Of a stretch of DNA of 64,000 bases, positions 1 through 9,649 are shown piece by piece. The position numbers were made by a program, and so were the translations under genes. Within the stretch, counting starts at the first letter, position 1, and every line of letters starts with the position of its first letter. The DNA comes from Salinispira sp. (GTDB lineage: Bacteria > Spirochaetota > Spirochaetia > DSM-27196 > Salinispiraceae): contig OZ271918.1 in the NCBI GenBank assembly GCA_965602015.1, positions 1,504,001 to 1,568,000 on the forward strand, given 5' to 3'. The notes under the pieces were generated by a model. That model made no database searches. It was given only the letters and a program-made list of their open reading frames with translations, and was not told the DNA's origin.

Positions 1-2
1 GG

Positions 3-275
3 GCGTACTACCTGCGGACGTCGCCTATTGAGGTGCCCCTCAATCTCGGCCTGGGACTCAACATCATGCGGTATAAGGATATAACTACCGTGGGAATGAT
101 CGTGACCGGCGGGGTCTCTGTGTATTGGAATGCCATAGAGGACTGGTCCTTCGGAGTCAATATCCAGTATTGGTGGCAACCCGAATTTTACGGCGCCGGA
201 TCAGATATTCCGGCCAGCATGACGCGTTTCGGCAACAGCCTGCAGATTACCGCAAGCGCTTTGTACAACTTCTAA
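3..275 (+). CDS. Outer-membrane beta-barrel protein, TP0733/OmpW-like spirochaete family (5' truncated by window edge)
   Basis: Frame is open from position 3 (AYYLRTSPIEVPLNLGLG...). Alternating hydrophobic strands, aromatic residues and a C-terminal Phe (…SALYNF) are typical of a BAM substrate. Confidence 0.65.
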   Translation, partial: AYYLRTSPIEVPLNLGLGLNIMRYKDITTVGMIVTGGVSVYWNAIEDWSFGVNIQYWWQPEFYGAGSDIPASMTRFGNSLQITASALYNF

Positions 276-294
276 ACCATTGAAGGATTATTTC

Positions 295-1527
295 ATGAAT
301 CGTATTAAATCGGCACTAAGCCTTGCCGTCCTGATGCTCTTCGCCGCCTGCAACAGCAGCAACGTCGGGCTTTTTTACAGCATTGAGAGCGTGGTGGCCA
401 TTCAGGAAGAAGGCCGGGGTCTGGAAGAATTCTCCCCGATCAACAGTTTCGCAGAAGGCCAAAATAACTATTATCTGACCACCAGCGTGCTAAAAGTACG
501 GGCTCAGGGAACAGAGACCGACAGCCAGACAGGCTACAGCTGGGCCGATGTCAATATGCCCGACGCCCACCCGACGGCCCTTAAGGTATTGGCCGACGGA
601 AACCGCATAGTGCTTCACGCAGCTGGAGAAACCGCCGACGGCATAGTCACCGGCTTGTTCGAGCTCACGGAGTTTGACTACGGCGATGCCGCGGATGCGG
701 CCTGGACCCCGGTTAGCGGAATAACCCCGGCGGATGGTGAAAGGATCAGCAATGCCTTCTTTGCGAACGGACTGCTTTTTGCAGAGCTGTACAGCTCTGC
801 TTCGGGCTACCGGCTTCTCGACATAACCGGCGACCTGGAAATTCTCAGTTCTGACCTATTTCCGGTAATAGAAATTGAATGGGACGGAAGCAGCTACTGG
901 GCTCTGACAGCCAACAGCATCGCAAGCAGCACCGGAGCTACCCCGGCGGCAATGAGTACGGTTACCCTTGACGGAAATGCGGCATTTGAAAATGCCGAGG
1001 GAGAACCGCTGTGGGCGGTGGACAGCAGCGGAGATGCCAAGATTTACTCATTTTCCGGTATGGTAAGTCCGGCAGCCGACGAGCTCTACATTGCCACCAC
1101 CGGAGGGTATGTGTTCTACACCGTAGACGGAGGTACCGGGTGGCGGGCCTTCGACGGAGACTCGAATAGCCAAGCCGACCGCATCAGCAACGGCACGGAT
1201 TTTACCCGCTTCAGCGCCCTCACCTTGTTACCCGCAGTCTTTGACGACGGTACCCAGGACCGGATAATCGCCGGCACCGCAAATGAGGGCTATGCCTTCC
1301 TCAGCGGATCGGTGGACGCCGGCGGGGAAAGCGTAAGCTTTTTCGACGCCCAGGACCAAAGCAGTTCCAACCTCTTCTCGACGGATTTATACCGGGGCAA
1401 CATAAGCGACCTGGTGTATGCCGGAGACCCAACCGTAGACGAAAACGTGCTGTTCGCCCTGACCCCGAATGCCGGTTTGTGGCGGGGGACATACGAGGAA
1501 AACCGCCTCATCTGGCGCAGAGAATAG
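295..1527 (+). CDS. Acidic lipoprotein, probable beta-propeller
   Basis: AAGGA at 283-287 precedes ATG 295. Signal peptide II MNRIKSALSLAVLMLFAA-C. Contains an Asp-box-like YTVDGGTGW and a C-terminal GLW...W.RE; D/E-rich. Confidence 0.7.
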   Translation: MNRIKSALSLAVLMLFAACNSSNVGLFYSIESVVAIQEEGRGLEEFSPINSFAEGQNNYYLTTSVLKVRAQGTETDSQTGYSWADVNMPDAHPTALKVLADGNRIVLHAAGETADGIVTGLFELTEFDYGDAADAAWTPVSGITPADGERISNAFFANGLLFAELYSSASGYRLLDITGDLEILSSDLFPVIEIEWDGSSYWALTANSIASSTGATPAAMSTVTLDGNAAFENAEGEPLWAVDSSGDAKIYSFSGMVSPAADELYIATTGGYVFYTVDGGTGWRAFDGDSNSQADRISNGTDFTRFSALTLLPAVFDDGTQDRIIAGTANEGYAFLSGSVDAGGESVSFFDAQDQSSSNLFSTDLYRGNISDLVYAGDPTVDENVLFALTPNAGLWRGTYEENRLIWRRE

Positions 1528-1584
1528 CACTCGATTGGTGAAAATTAATTGAATAACACTAAGCAATAAGAATCCGGGGCTCGT

Positions 1585-4500
1585 TCAGAGTCCCTGGTTT
1601 ATTGCGTTACCGGTGAAGATCAGACCGGCTCCTTGCAGGTTTTCAAGCTGCTGCAGGGTCTGATATTGGCCCGCACGCTGTTGGGAACTTCGGAAGCTGT
1701 CCCGTATCTCCTGAAGAATTAATCCCCATCCCTCGAATGTGTTGTTTTCAACTTCCATTGATATATTCCCAATCTCGGTCTGGGCCAGGATAGCAGTACC
1801 GTAAATGCTGCCCCCAAGTCGATTGTTGACCAATCTTCCGGCGGAGTTTTCTCCGAGACTCAAGGCCACTGCATAGGATTCCCGGCCTGTGAGGGAAAAC
1901 TGGCTGTCGGCAATAAACACCTCGCTGTCTTCAACCAGAGCGAAAATGTATTCGGCAGTTTCGGCGCCTTCGAAGCTGCTGTCCCTAATTTCGAGCTCGG
2001 CCCCTGATCGGGCGACGATGCTGTTCACAAAGTCCCTGCCCCCGGTGCCGAAAAAACGGCTTCCGGTGGCCAGCAGGCTGCCGGATGTAATTGATATGCC
2101 GTTCACCCCGAAAGCCGCTGTGAGCACCACGTCGCTGTCCTGAAGGGCGATATCGCTCTCACGGGCGGCGATGAGACTGACGACCCCCGCTTCAGAGCTT
2201 CCCTCGACGCGCACCTGCTGTAGAAGCATGTCAGACTGATCGGCGAAAAATGCGCTCGATGCCGATCGTCCGGTGCCGCTGGTGAACAGTGATTGATCCT
2301 CGGCGAAGAAGCTCGAGTTGAACAGATAGACGCCGATGGTGCTGTCGCCTGAGGCCGGGACTACTTCGCTTGCGCGTAATTGGACGGTGGAGTCCTGACT
2401 GCTAATGAGGATGTAGGACCCGTGAAGATCCGACTCGAGAAAATCAGGGAGATCTTCGGCGCTTATTTTGCTGTCGCTGATCCGGAGATCGCTGTTGTCA
2501 AGAGCCTTGATCAGCGTAGCTTCATCGAGCTCATATCCGTTGACTTCCGAGCGTTGAAGCCTGAGAGATGATTCCACCAACTGGATGGCTGAGCTGCCGC
2601 CGTTGACCGTCAGCAGGCTGTTGGAAATGCTCAAGTCGGCGTTCTCGGCGAGGATTATTTGATCGAGGTTTCGGGCGGAATCGCTGAGATACAGCGAGTC
2701 GAGAACGAGGCGATTGCGCCGGCTTCGAATCAGCTCGCGTTCGCTGAAGGATTTCTCCGCAAAAATGAAGCTGGGTTCTCCGCCGGGCTCCCAGCTGCCC
2801 GATCTGAACGAACCATAGAGCCCGGTAGTAAAACCGATATTGATCGGTCTGATAATCGGATAACTTCCCTCTGCAAGATAGATTTCACTGCGGCCGCTGG
2901 CGGCGGCAAAATCAAGGGCCTCTATTAGGTCTGCAAAGGGCAGATCTCTTCCCCCGTTACCCGAAGACGCGGCTGCGGGATCGACAAATACATTGCGCCG
3001 ATCGACGATGATATTCCAGATTCGATCCTGGGCGCTGCGGTTTCCCGCGGCATCGAATGCGTATGCCCGAATGTTATACAGAACCATTTCATTCGGATAC
3101 CCCTGGAGAGTTACGGGGCCGGCAAAGCTGGCTAATTCGCCGATTTCCAATCCTGCAGGAGCGGCGAACTGCCTGTCCCAGCCAAGGGGGAGCTCCCCTC
3201 GGGGATACAGGTATTCAGAAATCTGATAGACCGCCTGACCGTCTTCTTCAGTTACAAAATCGACAATGACATCTTGAGGGGAATACAGTTTTTCTTCGAT
3301 CCCCCGCAATCCCGGTGGAGATGGGGGGCTCCGGTCTATGGTAAAGCTGAACGAGAGCTCCCGGCTCGGTTCGAATCCCGGAATATACTGTCTCATGGTG
3401 ACCCGGTACTCCACGGTTTCACCCTGGGCCGCCTGAAATGATAAGCGGTTGGCCCATACCGGACTCGATTCTCCCACCGCCGGGGGGTCGCTACCATCGC
3501 TACTGATTTCGTAGCGCACGAGTCCGCCGTTACCGGGAAACACTTCAACCGTCCGCGGCTGAACGTACACCCCGCCGTCCTGGACACCGCTGAGCTTCGG
3601 CAGAGGCGCGATGAGTAGCCGTGGGAGAATAAGGGACGACAGTGGACTGGTATTCCCCGCTTCGTCTACGCTGCGGTAATAGAGTACCAGGCTTTCCTGG
3701 GACTCGGCGACCTGCCACTCTATGGGAAAATCGTAATCAGAGAATTCGAGTGAATCCGGATCGGCTGCCGCTGAAGACACAGCGTATTCAATGCCGTCTT
3801 CTCCACCCCGGGTCCAGCTCAAGAGTCCGGCATTACCGTCCCGCTGAACCCGCGGTGACGGGGGAATATCCGGCGGCTCGCGGTCGATAATAAACTCGTA
3901 AATTCCGCTGGTTTGCCCGAGGTTACCTGCGTTATCCAGGCTTCGGAAAAGGAGGCTGTATCGGACCCGGCTGCCTGCTTCGGCCTTGAGTTGCAGGGAC
4001 TCCCTGATGAGGTTTGAGCCTCCGTCGGGTACCCGGGGAATCTGCGTACCGCTGGCCAGTTCGAAAACAATCTGCTCCTCGCTTTCAAAGCGCAGCCGCA
4101 AATCCTCATTGCTTATGTAACGCCGATCGGGAGACTGGGGAAGCGGCTGATCATCGGCGGTTCTCACGCTAAGCTGAGGTAATTCCGGCAATTCCCGGTC
4201 AATGATGAAGGCTGCAGTCACATCTTCGCTGCGGTTGCCCGCCTGATCCTGGCTGTAAGCCCGTAGCCGATAGAGGATCCGCCGGCCCTCGATGCCGCTG
4301 ATAGTAAAGCTGCTGGTGAATGGCGAATCCGGGCTTATCAAAAAACCACCGTCTTCCCGACTGATTTCATAGAAAATTTCCGTTCCGCCCTCTCCTTGGA
4401 GTGTCAGATTAACCGCATCGCGGTACTCGCTGCCCGGTTCAAGGCCGACGATTCGGGGAGCTTCGGGAGCTTCGTTATCGAAACTGAAGCTCAAACGGGA

Positions 4501-6681
4501 GCTGACCCCCTTGAGCTCGGGATTTTCCGATGATACCGGCAGAATTAACAGATTTACTTGCTGGTTTTCCGTATCGGGATCGGCTGCAATTCTAATTTCT
4601 CCTGCACTGAAATCGCCGTCCGGATAGGGGATTGGGGGTATGCTACCGTCCCGGCCAATAGAGTAATAGTATCGCACCCCGGGCTCGCTGTTTCGGATAA
4701 AAAGCGTGAGCTCCCTGCCCTGTACCGAACTGCCGTTTTCCACACCGGCGACCTGGGCCGCCGACGGAGTTACGCTGTGAACCGGAATTGCCGAAGTTCT
4801 GCTGAGGGCCGAGCGGGTCTGCTCGGATTCCGAATAGGTTTCGACGATATATGCAACATTGAATCCCTGAACTTCTTGGAGAGCTATGGGACCGGAGTAC
4901 AGCAAAAACTCCGACGATCCCGGCGAGGCCGCCCCGCCTTGGCGGATAATCCGGTAATAGACTGTTTCATCGTCTTCGGCGTTTATGGTAACAACCCGGT
5001 TTTCCACCGTTATTGCCGGTCCCGCCTGGAGTCGGGTGTCGACCGTAGCCGTTATTTCGGTAACGCCGTCGCTCACCGATCCGGCGTCGTTGACGAAAGA
5101 AAAGCGCAGCAGGTAATCCTGGAGAATGCCCGGGGGAAGTCCGATTTCCGTACTGCCGCGAATCTCCCGAATCTGGAAATCTTGAGGATTCGGTTCGATA
5201 GTCAGGTTGACCGCCCTGGAACTGCGTATCAACAGTCTTCCATCTTCGATACTGAGCTCAGGTTCAGGATTACCTTCGGTCTCGGGGGATACCATAAAGT
5301 CGAGACGGGATTCGCTGCTCCAGAGACTGGCGTTTTTTAAGGACTGAAACGAGATACTCAGATTCCGCATATCAGCCGGAAGGATAATTTCATCATTTCC
5401 GAAAAGCCGTCCTGCCGCCGCCGGATCGCTTTGGGGCGGCAGCTCTCCGATGCGGTAAAAGGTGTCGCTATCCCGGTCTGCCCTGAACGAAATGCGTATT
5501 CGCCTCGAGATGCTGTCGCCCGGATTAACCGGCAGATACTCGCCGATGCTTTTATTAAAACTATAAACCTGCACGTCTGGAGGACTGGGTCTTCGGCCGT
5601 CGAGAAGGTACACATAGCGAAACTCGCTGTTTTCCACCGCATCAAAAATTCTTAGCGGTAGCGCCCGGAGACTGCCGGGCTGCAGGGAGATTCTGAGCGG
5701 CCGGTCGAGGGGGTTGTCGAAGCGGCTAACCGGCCGGTCATCAATGCGGTAATACAGATCGGCGCGAAGCGCCGGGATTACGATGTTTTCTGAAACGAGT
5801 CCTTGGTCAAGCCGGCTGTATTCATTGATTCCCGCAGAAAATCTGCGCAGGGCGTAGAGTTCCCTACCGTCGTGTGTTATGCCAAAAACCCGAAGGGGAA
5901 TGTCCTCTCCGGGACTCAGGAGCACCGGGCCGGCGTAGGGTATCCCGCCCAGACGAGGATCACTGCCGTCCAGGGTATAGCGCAGTTGACTGAATCCGCG
6001 CTCATCAATGTATAAAAGCTGGGGATTGGCGAAATTACCCTCCACGGGACTGATGACGGGGATGTTTTCCACCCGGGTTTCGTTTCGCCGGTCGATAATG
6101 TACCGAAAATTTTCAGCGGGACTGAAATTACCCGCAGAATCCCGGGCGCGAAGCTGCAGTTGATACGCAACAAGTTGTCCGCTGACCCCCTGAAGACTCA
6201 GGGTCTCACCGGGCGCTATGCTGCCCTCCTGCCTCGCTCCCGAACCAGAGAGGACAAATACCAACGACGAGTCATCTTCAGTTTCGAAGGCTATATCAAG
6301 AGGTTTTCGGTACACCCCCTGCACCTGATTCGGCCGGGGGACCGCGGGGGGCATCCGGTCAATGACATATTCAAAATAGCGGTTTGAGGCCACCCTTCCT
6401 TGTGAAATCAGGAGCGCTTCAATTCTGTACCTCCGGCGGCTGCCGGGCGGTGTATTCAGCAGCAACGGGGTTCTTGAGGAGATAAACTGACTGTCGGTAA
6501 AACCGTCCAGGCGATAGAGAATACTTTCGAATTCCCGGTCTGCGCTGAACTCCAGTATGATATTTTCCCTATATTCCCCGGGCGCCGAACTGAGAACAAA
6601 GGGGGCAGTGTCGGGTTCCTGGGAAAATAATGCAGCACCGGCGAGAAGTACAAGGCTGATAAGCAGTCTGCGGAGGGTCAT
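1585..6681 (-). CDS. Large secreted protein with tandem Ig/Fn3-like (CHB_HEX_C-type) repeats and a C-terminal DUF1565/pectin-lyase-like beta-helix
   Basis: Signal peptide; repeated DxAGNxS and IDRxPPxxP motifs; YTLDGSDP; VFVDPAAASSGNGGRDLPFADLIEAL followed by beta-helix-like repeats. Confidence 0.7.
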   Translation of the reverse strand: MTLRRLLISLVLLAGAALFSQEPDTAPFVLSSAPGEYRENIILEFSADREFESILYRLDGFTDSQFISSRTPLLLNTPPGSRRRYRIEALLISQGRVASNRYFEYVIDRMPPAVPRPNQVQGVYRKPLDIAFETEDDSSLVFVLSGSGARQEGSIAPGETLSLQGVSGQLVAYQLQLRARDSAGNFSPAENFRYIIDRRNETRVENIPVISPVEGNFANPQLLYIDERGFSQLRYTLDGSDPRLGGIPYAGPVLLSPGEDIPLRVFGITHDGRELYALRRFSAGINEYSRLDQGLVSENIVIPALRADLYYRIDDRPVSRFDNPLDRPLRISLQPGSLRALPLRIFDAVENSEFRYVYLLDGRRPSPPDVQVYSFNKSIGEYLPVNPGDSISRRIRISFRADRDSDTFYRIGELPPQSDPAAAGRLFGNDEIILPADMRNLSISFQSLKNASLWSSESRLDFMVSPETEGNPEPELSIEDGRLLIRSSRAVNLTIEPNPQDFQIREIRGSTEIGLPPGILQDYLLRFSFVNDAGSVSDGVTEITATVDTRLQAGPAITVENRVVTINAEDDETVYYRIIRQGGAASPGSSEFLLYSGPIALQEVQGFNVAYIVETYSESEQTRSALSRTSAIPVHSVTPSAAQVAGVENGSSVQGRELTLFIRNSEPGVRYYYSIGRDGSIPPIPYPDGDFSAGEIRIAADPDTENQQVNLLILPVSSENPELKGVSSRLSFSFDNEAPEAPRIVGLEPGSEYRDAVNLTLQGEGGTEIFYEISREDGGFLISPDSPFTSSFTISGIEGRRILYRLRAYSQDQAGNRSEDVTAAFIIDRELPELPQLSVRTADDQPLPQSPDRRYISNEDLRLRFESEEQIVFELASGTQIPRVPDGGSNLIRESLQLKAEAGSRVRYSLLFRSLDNAGNLGQTSGIYEFIIDREPPDIPPSPRVQRDGNAGLLSWTRGGEDGIEYAVSSAAADPDSLEFSDYDFPIEWQVAESQESLVLYYRSVDEAGNTSPLSSLILPRLLIAPLPKLSGVQDGGVYVQPRTVEVFPGNGGLVRYEISSDGSDPPAVGESSPVWANRLSFQAAQGETVEYRVTMRQYIPGFEPSRELSFSFTIDRSPPSPPGLRGIEEKLYSPQDVIVDFVTEEDGQAVYQISEYLYPRGELPLGWDRQFAAPAGLEIGELASFAGPVTLQGYPNEMVLYNIRAYAFDAAGNRSAQDRIWNIIVDRRNVFVDPAAASSGNGGRDLPFADLIEALDFAAASGRSEIYLAEGSYPIIRPINIGFTTGLYGSFRSGSWEPGGEPSFIFAEKSFSERELIRSRRNRLVLDSLYLSDSARNLDQIILAENADLSISNSLLTVNGGSSAIQLVESSLRLQRSEVNGYELDEATLIKALDNSDLRISDSKISAEDLPDFLESDLHGSYILISSQDSTVQLRASEVVPASGDSTIGVYLFNSSFFAEDQSLFTSGTGRSASSAFFADQSDMLLQQVRVEGSSEAGVVSLIAARESDIALQDSDVVLTAAFGVNGISITSGSLLATGSRFFGTGGRDFVNSIVARSGAELEIRDSSFEGAETAEYIFALVEDSEVFIADSQFSLTGRESYAVALSLGENSAGRLVNNRLGGSIYGTAILAQTEIGNISMEVENNTFEGWGLILQEIRDSFRSSQQRAGQYQTLQQLENLQGAGLIFTGNAINQGL

Positions 6682-6702
6682 CGGGTTTACGCTTCTCCTT
6701 TG

Positions 6703-7311
6703 CTATTCGCTGCCCGGATTTAAATCCTTGAGAATGGCTGCAACCTCCGGGTCCTCGGCATAGTGCGATTCTATTTCATCGATTGAAAGACCCACCAGTT
6801 CATGACTGAGATAGTGCACCCAGTTATCTTCATCGGGCGAATTCATTTCTATTTTGCGGCAATAATAATCAGGGTGACTGGGCAGGGTTCCGGTTTCGAA
6901 ATGCCGGATTTTGTAGTCGTGTACGGCAATGCGAATATCTTCCCGGGGTACACCCTTTGATTCGATAACTTCTACCAAATAGTTGATGGTTCTGCCGGAA
7001 TCAAAAATGTCATCTACCAAAAGCACCTTGTCACCGCTTCTCAAATGCTCCGGGTCGTAGGTCCAGCCGTCAATACGGATTTTCTGCTGCGACCTGACTC
7101 CCGTGTATGAGCGGGCGACAACCGCAGCGTAAAACACCGGCCTTCCGTCGGTCTTCACGACCTTGAAATACTCACTGATGACATTGCCCAGATAGGCCCC
7201 GCCCCTCAGGCTGACATAAATCACGTCTGGAATAAATCCGTCCTTGTGGATTCGATGCGCAAGCTTGATGGCGTTGTCCCTAATTTTCCGATACGTGATG
7301 AATTCTTTCAA
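6703..7311 (-). CDS. Type I phosphoribosyltransferase (purine PRTase-like)
   Basis: SLRGG motif and PRPP loop VLLVDDIFDSGRT; TTG start with GGGGAG RBS. Confidence 0.85.
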   Translation of the reverse strand: MKEFITYRKIRDNAIKLAHRIHKDGFIPDVIYVSLRGGAYLGNVISEYFKVVKTDGRPVFYAAVVARSYTGVRSQQKIRIDGWTYDPEHLRSGDKVLLVDDIFDSGRTINYLVEVIESKGVPREDIRIAVHDYKIRHFETGTLPSHPDYYCRKIEMNSPDEDNWVHYLSHELVGLSIDEIESHYAEDPEVAAILKDLNPGSE

Positions 7312-7381
7312 AACACTCCCCTGCGTGAGTCTCCGGCAAAAAGCCGCAGGAGACCCAAATTACATAATAGTACAAGCGCGG

Positions 7382-8833
7382 CTATTTTACGATAGTGCGG
7401 GTTACTTCTTCGCCGGAGCGAACGGTTCGGAATTCCAGTCTCCGGTCTGAGTCTGCCAGGGCGGCATAAAAGCTTCGCAAATCGCTGACGCTCTCACCGT
7501 TGATTTCGGTAATGACGTCCCCGACAGCGATTCCCGAAACCGCACCCGGGGTCCTCGGGGTTATTACCCTGACAATGACGCCGCTCATGCTCCCGCTGTC
7601 ATCCAGCTGTTCGCGAACCTCACGAGTGAGAGGATATACTGAAAAACCGGGAAAGAGGTCTCGCGACTGGCCTGCTATGACGCTTTCTGCCTCACGGCTG
7701 GTGATGCGCAGCGTCAATTCACGCTCCTCCCCGTTTCGCAGAAGCTCAAACTTCGCCTGGTCACCGGCGACAAGTCTACCCACTTCACGTACCAGCTCAT
7801 CGGAGCTTGTGATCTTTTTATCATTAATCCCGATAATAAAATCACCGGGGAGAATGCCCCCCCGGCCGGCGGGAGAAGTCTGGTACACCGAGGTCACCAG
7901 GGCTCCGTTCAGGTCTTGAAGTGAGAGGCTCTCGGCGATTTCTTCTACAATGCTCACGATCTGCACACCGAGCCATCCGTACTGAACCTGCCCGTCAGCG
8001 ATAAAATCATCGATGGCGCGCTTAACATTGTTCACGGGAATGGAAAAACCCAAACCGATGTTGCCCCCGGTTTGGGAGCTGATCCAGGTGTTTATACCCA
8101 CGACTTCGCCGTAAATATTGACCAGCGCGCCACCCGAATTGCCCCGGTTTATCGAAGCATCGGTCTGGATAAAATCGCTGATATTGTCGTCGGGCCCGCC
8201 GCTTCGCCCGAGGGCGGAAACGATTCCTGCGGTGACAGTGGACTGAAAGCCGAGGGGGCTTCCCATTGCCAGTACCCAGTCGCCGACCTGAAGGCTGTCG
8301 GAGTCCCCCAGAACGGCCACTGCGATATCCCGCTCCCGGCTGCTGAACTCAACCAGTGCGAGGTCCTGGCGGATATCCCGACCCACCAGGCTTGCGGTGT
8401 AATCCCGGCCATCATCAAGCCTTACGGTTATTTCCTGAGCATCGCCGATGACATGGGCATTGGTCAGCACAAAGTGACGATTACCGTCCCGGCGAACAAT
8501 AACTCCGGAACCCAGACCTTCGCTTCTGAACTCCCGTTCTCCGTCATTTTGCCCAAAGAAGAATTCCCAGAACGGCATGGTTCCTTCGCCCTGGGGGGTC
8601 TGCACATTTCGTACTTCCACCACATCAATACGCACCACTGCCGGGAGCACCGACTGTGCGACCTGCCGGAATGAGTTTTGCATTCCCTCCAGGTCCATAA
8701 TTACCGGGGCACTGACGCGTACCGGGGCTTCCTGACTGCTTGTGGTTTCTCCGGGCGAAAAACAGGCAGATAATAAAAATAAAACAGCCAACAGGCCTAT
8801 GGCTGAAAAAACTCTTACGCGTACTGATTTCAT
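7382..8833 (-). CDS. htrA: Do/HtrA family serine protease with two PDZ domains, lipoprotein
   Basis: Catalytic triad TNAHV, DLALV, GNSGGAL; two PDZ regions; lipobox LLSAC; AGAGGAG RBS before ATG 8833. Confidence 0.93.
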   Translation of the reverse strand: MKSVRVRVFSAIGLLAVLFLLSACFSPGETTSSQEAPVRVSAPVIMDLEGMQNSFRQVAQSVLPAVVRIDVVEVRNVQTPQGEGTMPFWEFFFGQNDGEREFRSEGLGSGVIVRRDGNRHFVLTNAHVIGDAQEITVRLDDGRDYTASLVGRDIRQDLALVEFSSRERDIAVAVLGDSDSLQVGDWVLAMGSPLGFQSTVTAGIVSALGRSGGPDDNISDFIQTDASINRGNSGGALVNIYGEVVGINTWISSQTGGNIGLGFSIPVNNVKRAIDDFIADGQVQYGWLGVQIVSIVEEIAESLSLQDLNGALVTSVYQTSPAGRGGILPGDFIIGINDKKITSSDELVREVGRLVAGDQAKFELLRNGEERELTLRITSREAESVIAGQSRDLFPGFSVYPLTREVREQLDDSGSMSGVIVRVITPRTPGAVSGIAVGDVITEINGESVSDLRSFYAALADSDRRLEFRTVRSGEEVTRTIVK

Positions 8834-8863
8834 GCTCACTCCTCTGTGTGCCGGGCCGCAGTG

Positions 8864-9625
8864 TTACGGCGCTTTTTTCTCTCTGAGGGTGAGGATTTCC
8901 GTGTGATCCCGATGTATGGCGATGGTATGCTCGAAATGGGCTGATACGGCGTCATCCCGGGTAACTACAGTCCATTCGTCGTCGAGAACCCTCACGGCAT
9001 CGCCGCCGAGATTGATCATGGGTTCAATAGCCAGAACCATTCCCGGCTTGAGCCGAGGGTTTGGTCCCGAGCCGGGATAATTGGGAACGCTGGGCTCTTC
9101 GTGCACATCGAGTCCAACTCCGTGGCCCGAATATTCCCGGACAACGCCGTAGCCCTGCGTACGGGTATGCTTGTATACCGCGGTGGAAATATCCTTGACC
9201 CGATTGCCTGCCCGCGCCGCGTCGATTCCCTTGTACAGACTCTCTTCGGTGATTTTTAGCAGCTTTGCAACCTCAGCCGAAACATCCCCGACGGGGAAGG
9301 TGTATGCACTGTCGGAAATAAATCCGTCGAGGCTGATACCGCAGTCGATGGAAATAACATCGCCGCTTCTCAAGGGTCGGTTATCGGGAATTCCGTGTAT
9401 GACGGCGGAATTCACCGAAGTGCACAGGGTAGCCGGAAATCCTCCATAGCCGAGAAAGGCGGGTATACCGTTGTTGTCCACAATGAACTCATGGCAGAGG
9501 GAATCGAGCTTCTTCGGGGTCACACCCTCGCGAATCTCCGATTCCACCATATCGAACATTGTTGCCAGAAGTCGGCAGGACCGGCGAATGCCGGCTATTT
9601 GCTCATCGTTTTTTACCCGAATCAT
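8864..9625 (-). CDS. map: Type I methionine aminopeptidase
   Basis: IHGIP, DCG...DSA, GHGVG..VHEEP, AIEPM and HFEHT motifs. Confidence 0.97.
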   Translation of the reverse strand: MIRVKNDEQIAGIRRSCRLLATMFDMVESEIREGVTPKKLDSLCHEFIVDNNGIPAFLGYGGFPATLCTSVNSAVIHGIPDNRPLRSGDVISIDCGISLDGFISDSAYTFPVGDVSAEVAKLLKITEESLYKGIDAARAGNRVKDISTAVYKHTRTQGYGVVREYSGHGVGLDVHEEPSVPNYPGSGPNPRLKPGMVLAIEPMINLGGDAVRVLDDEWTVVTRDDAVSAHFEHTIAIHRDHTEILTLREKKAP

Positions 9626-9649
9626 GAAATCCTCATTAAAAAAATAGTG

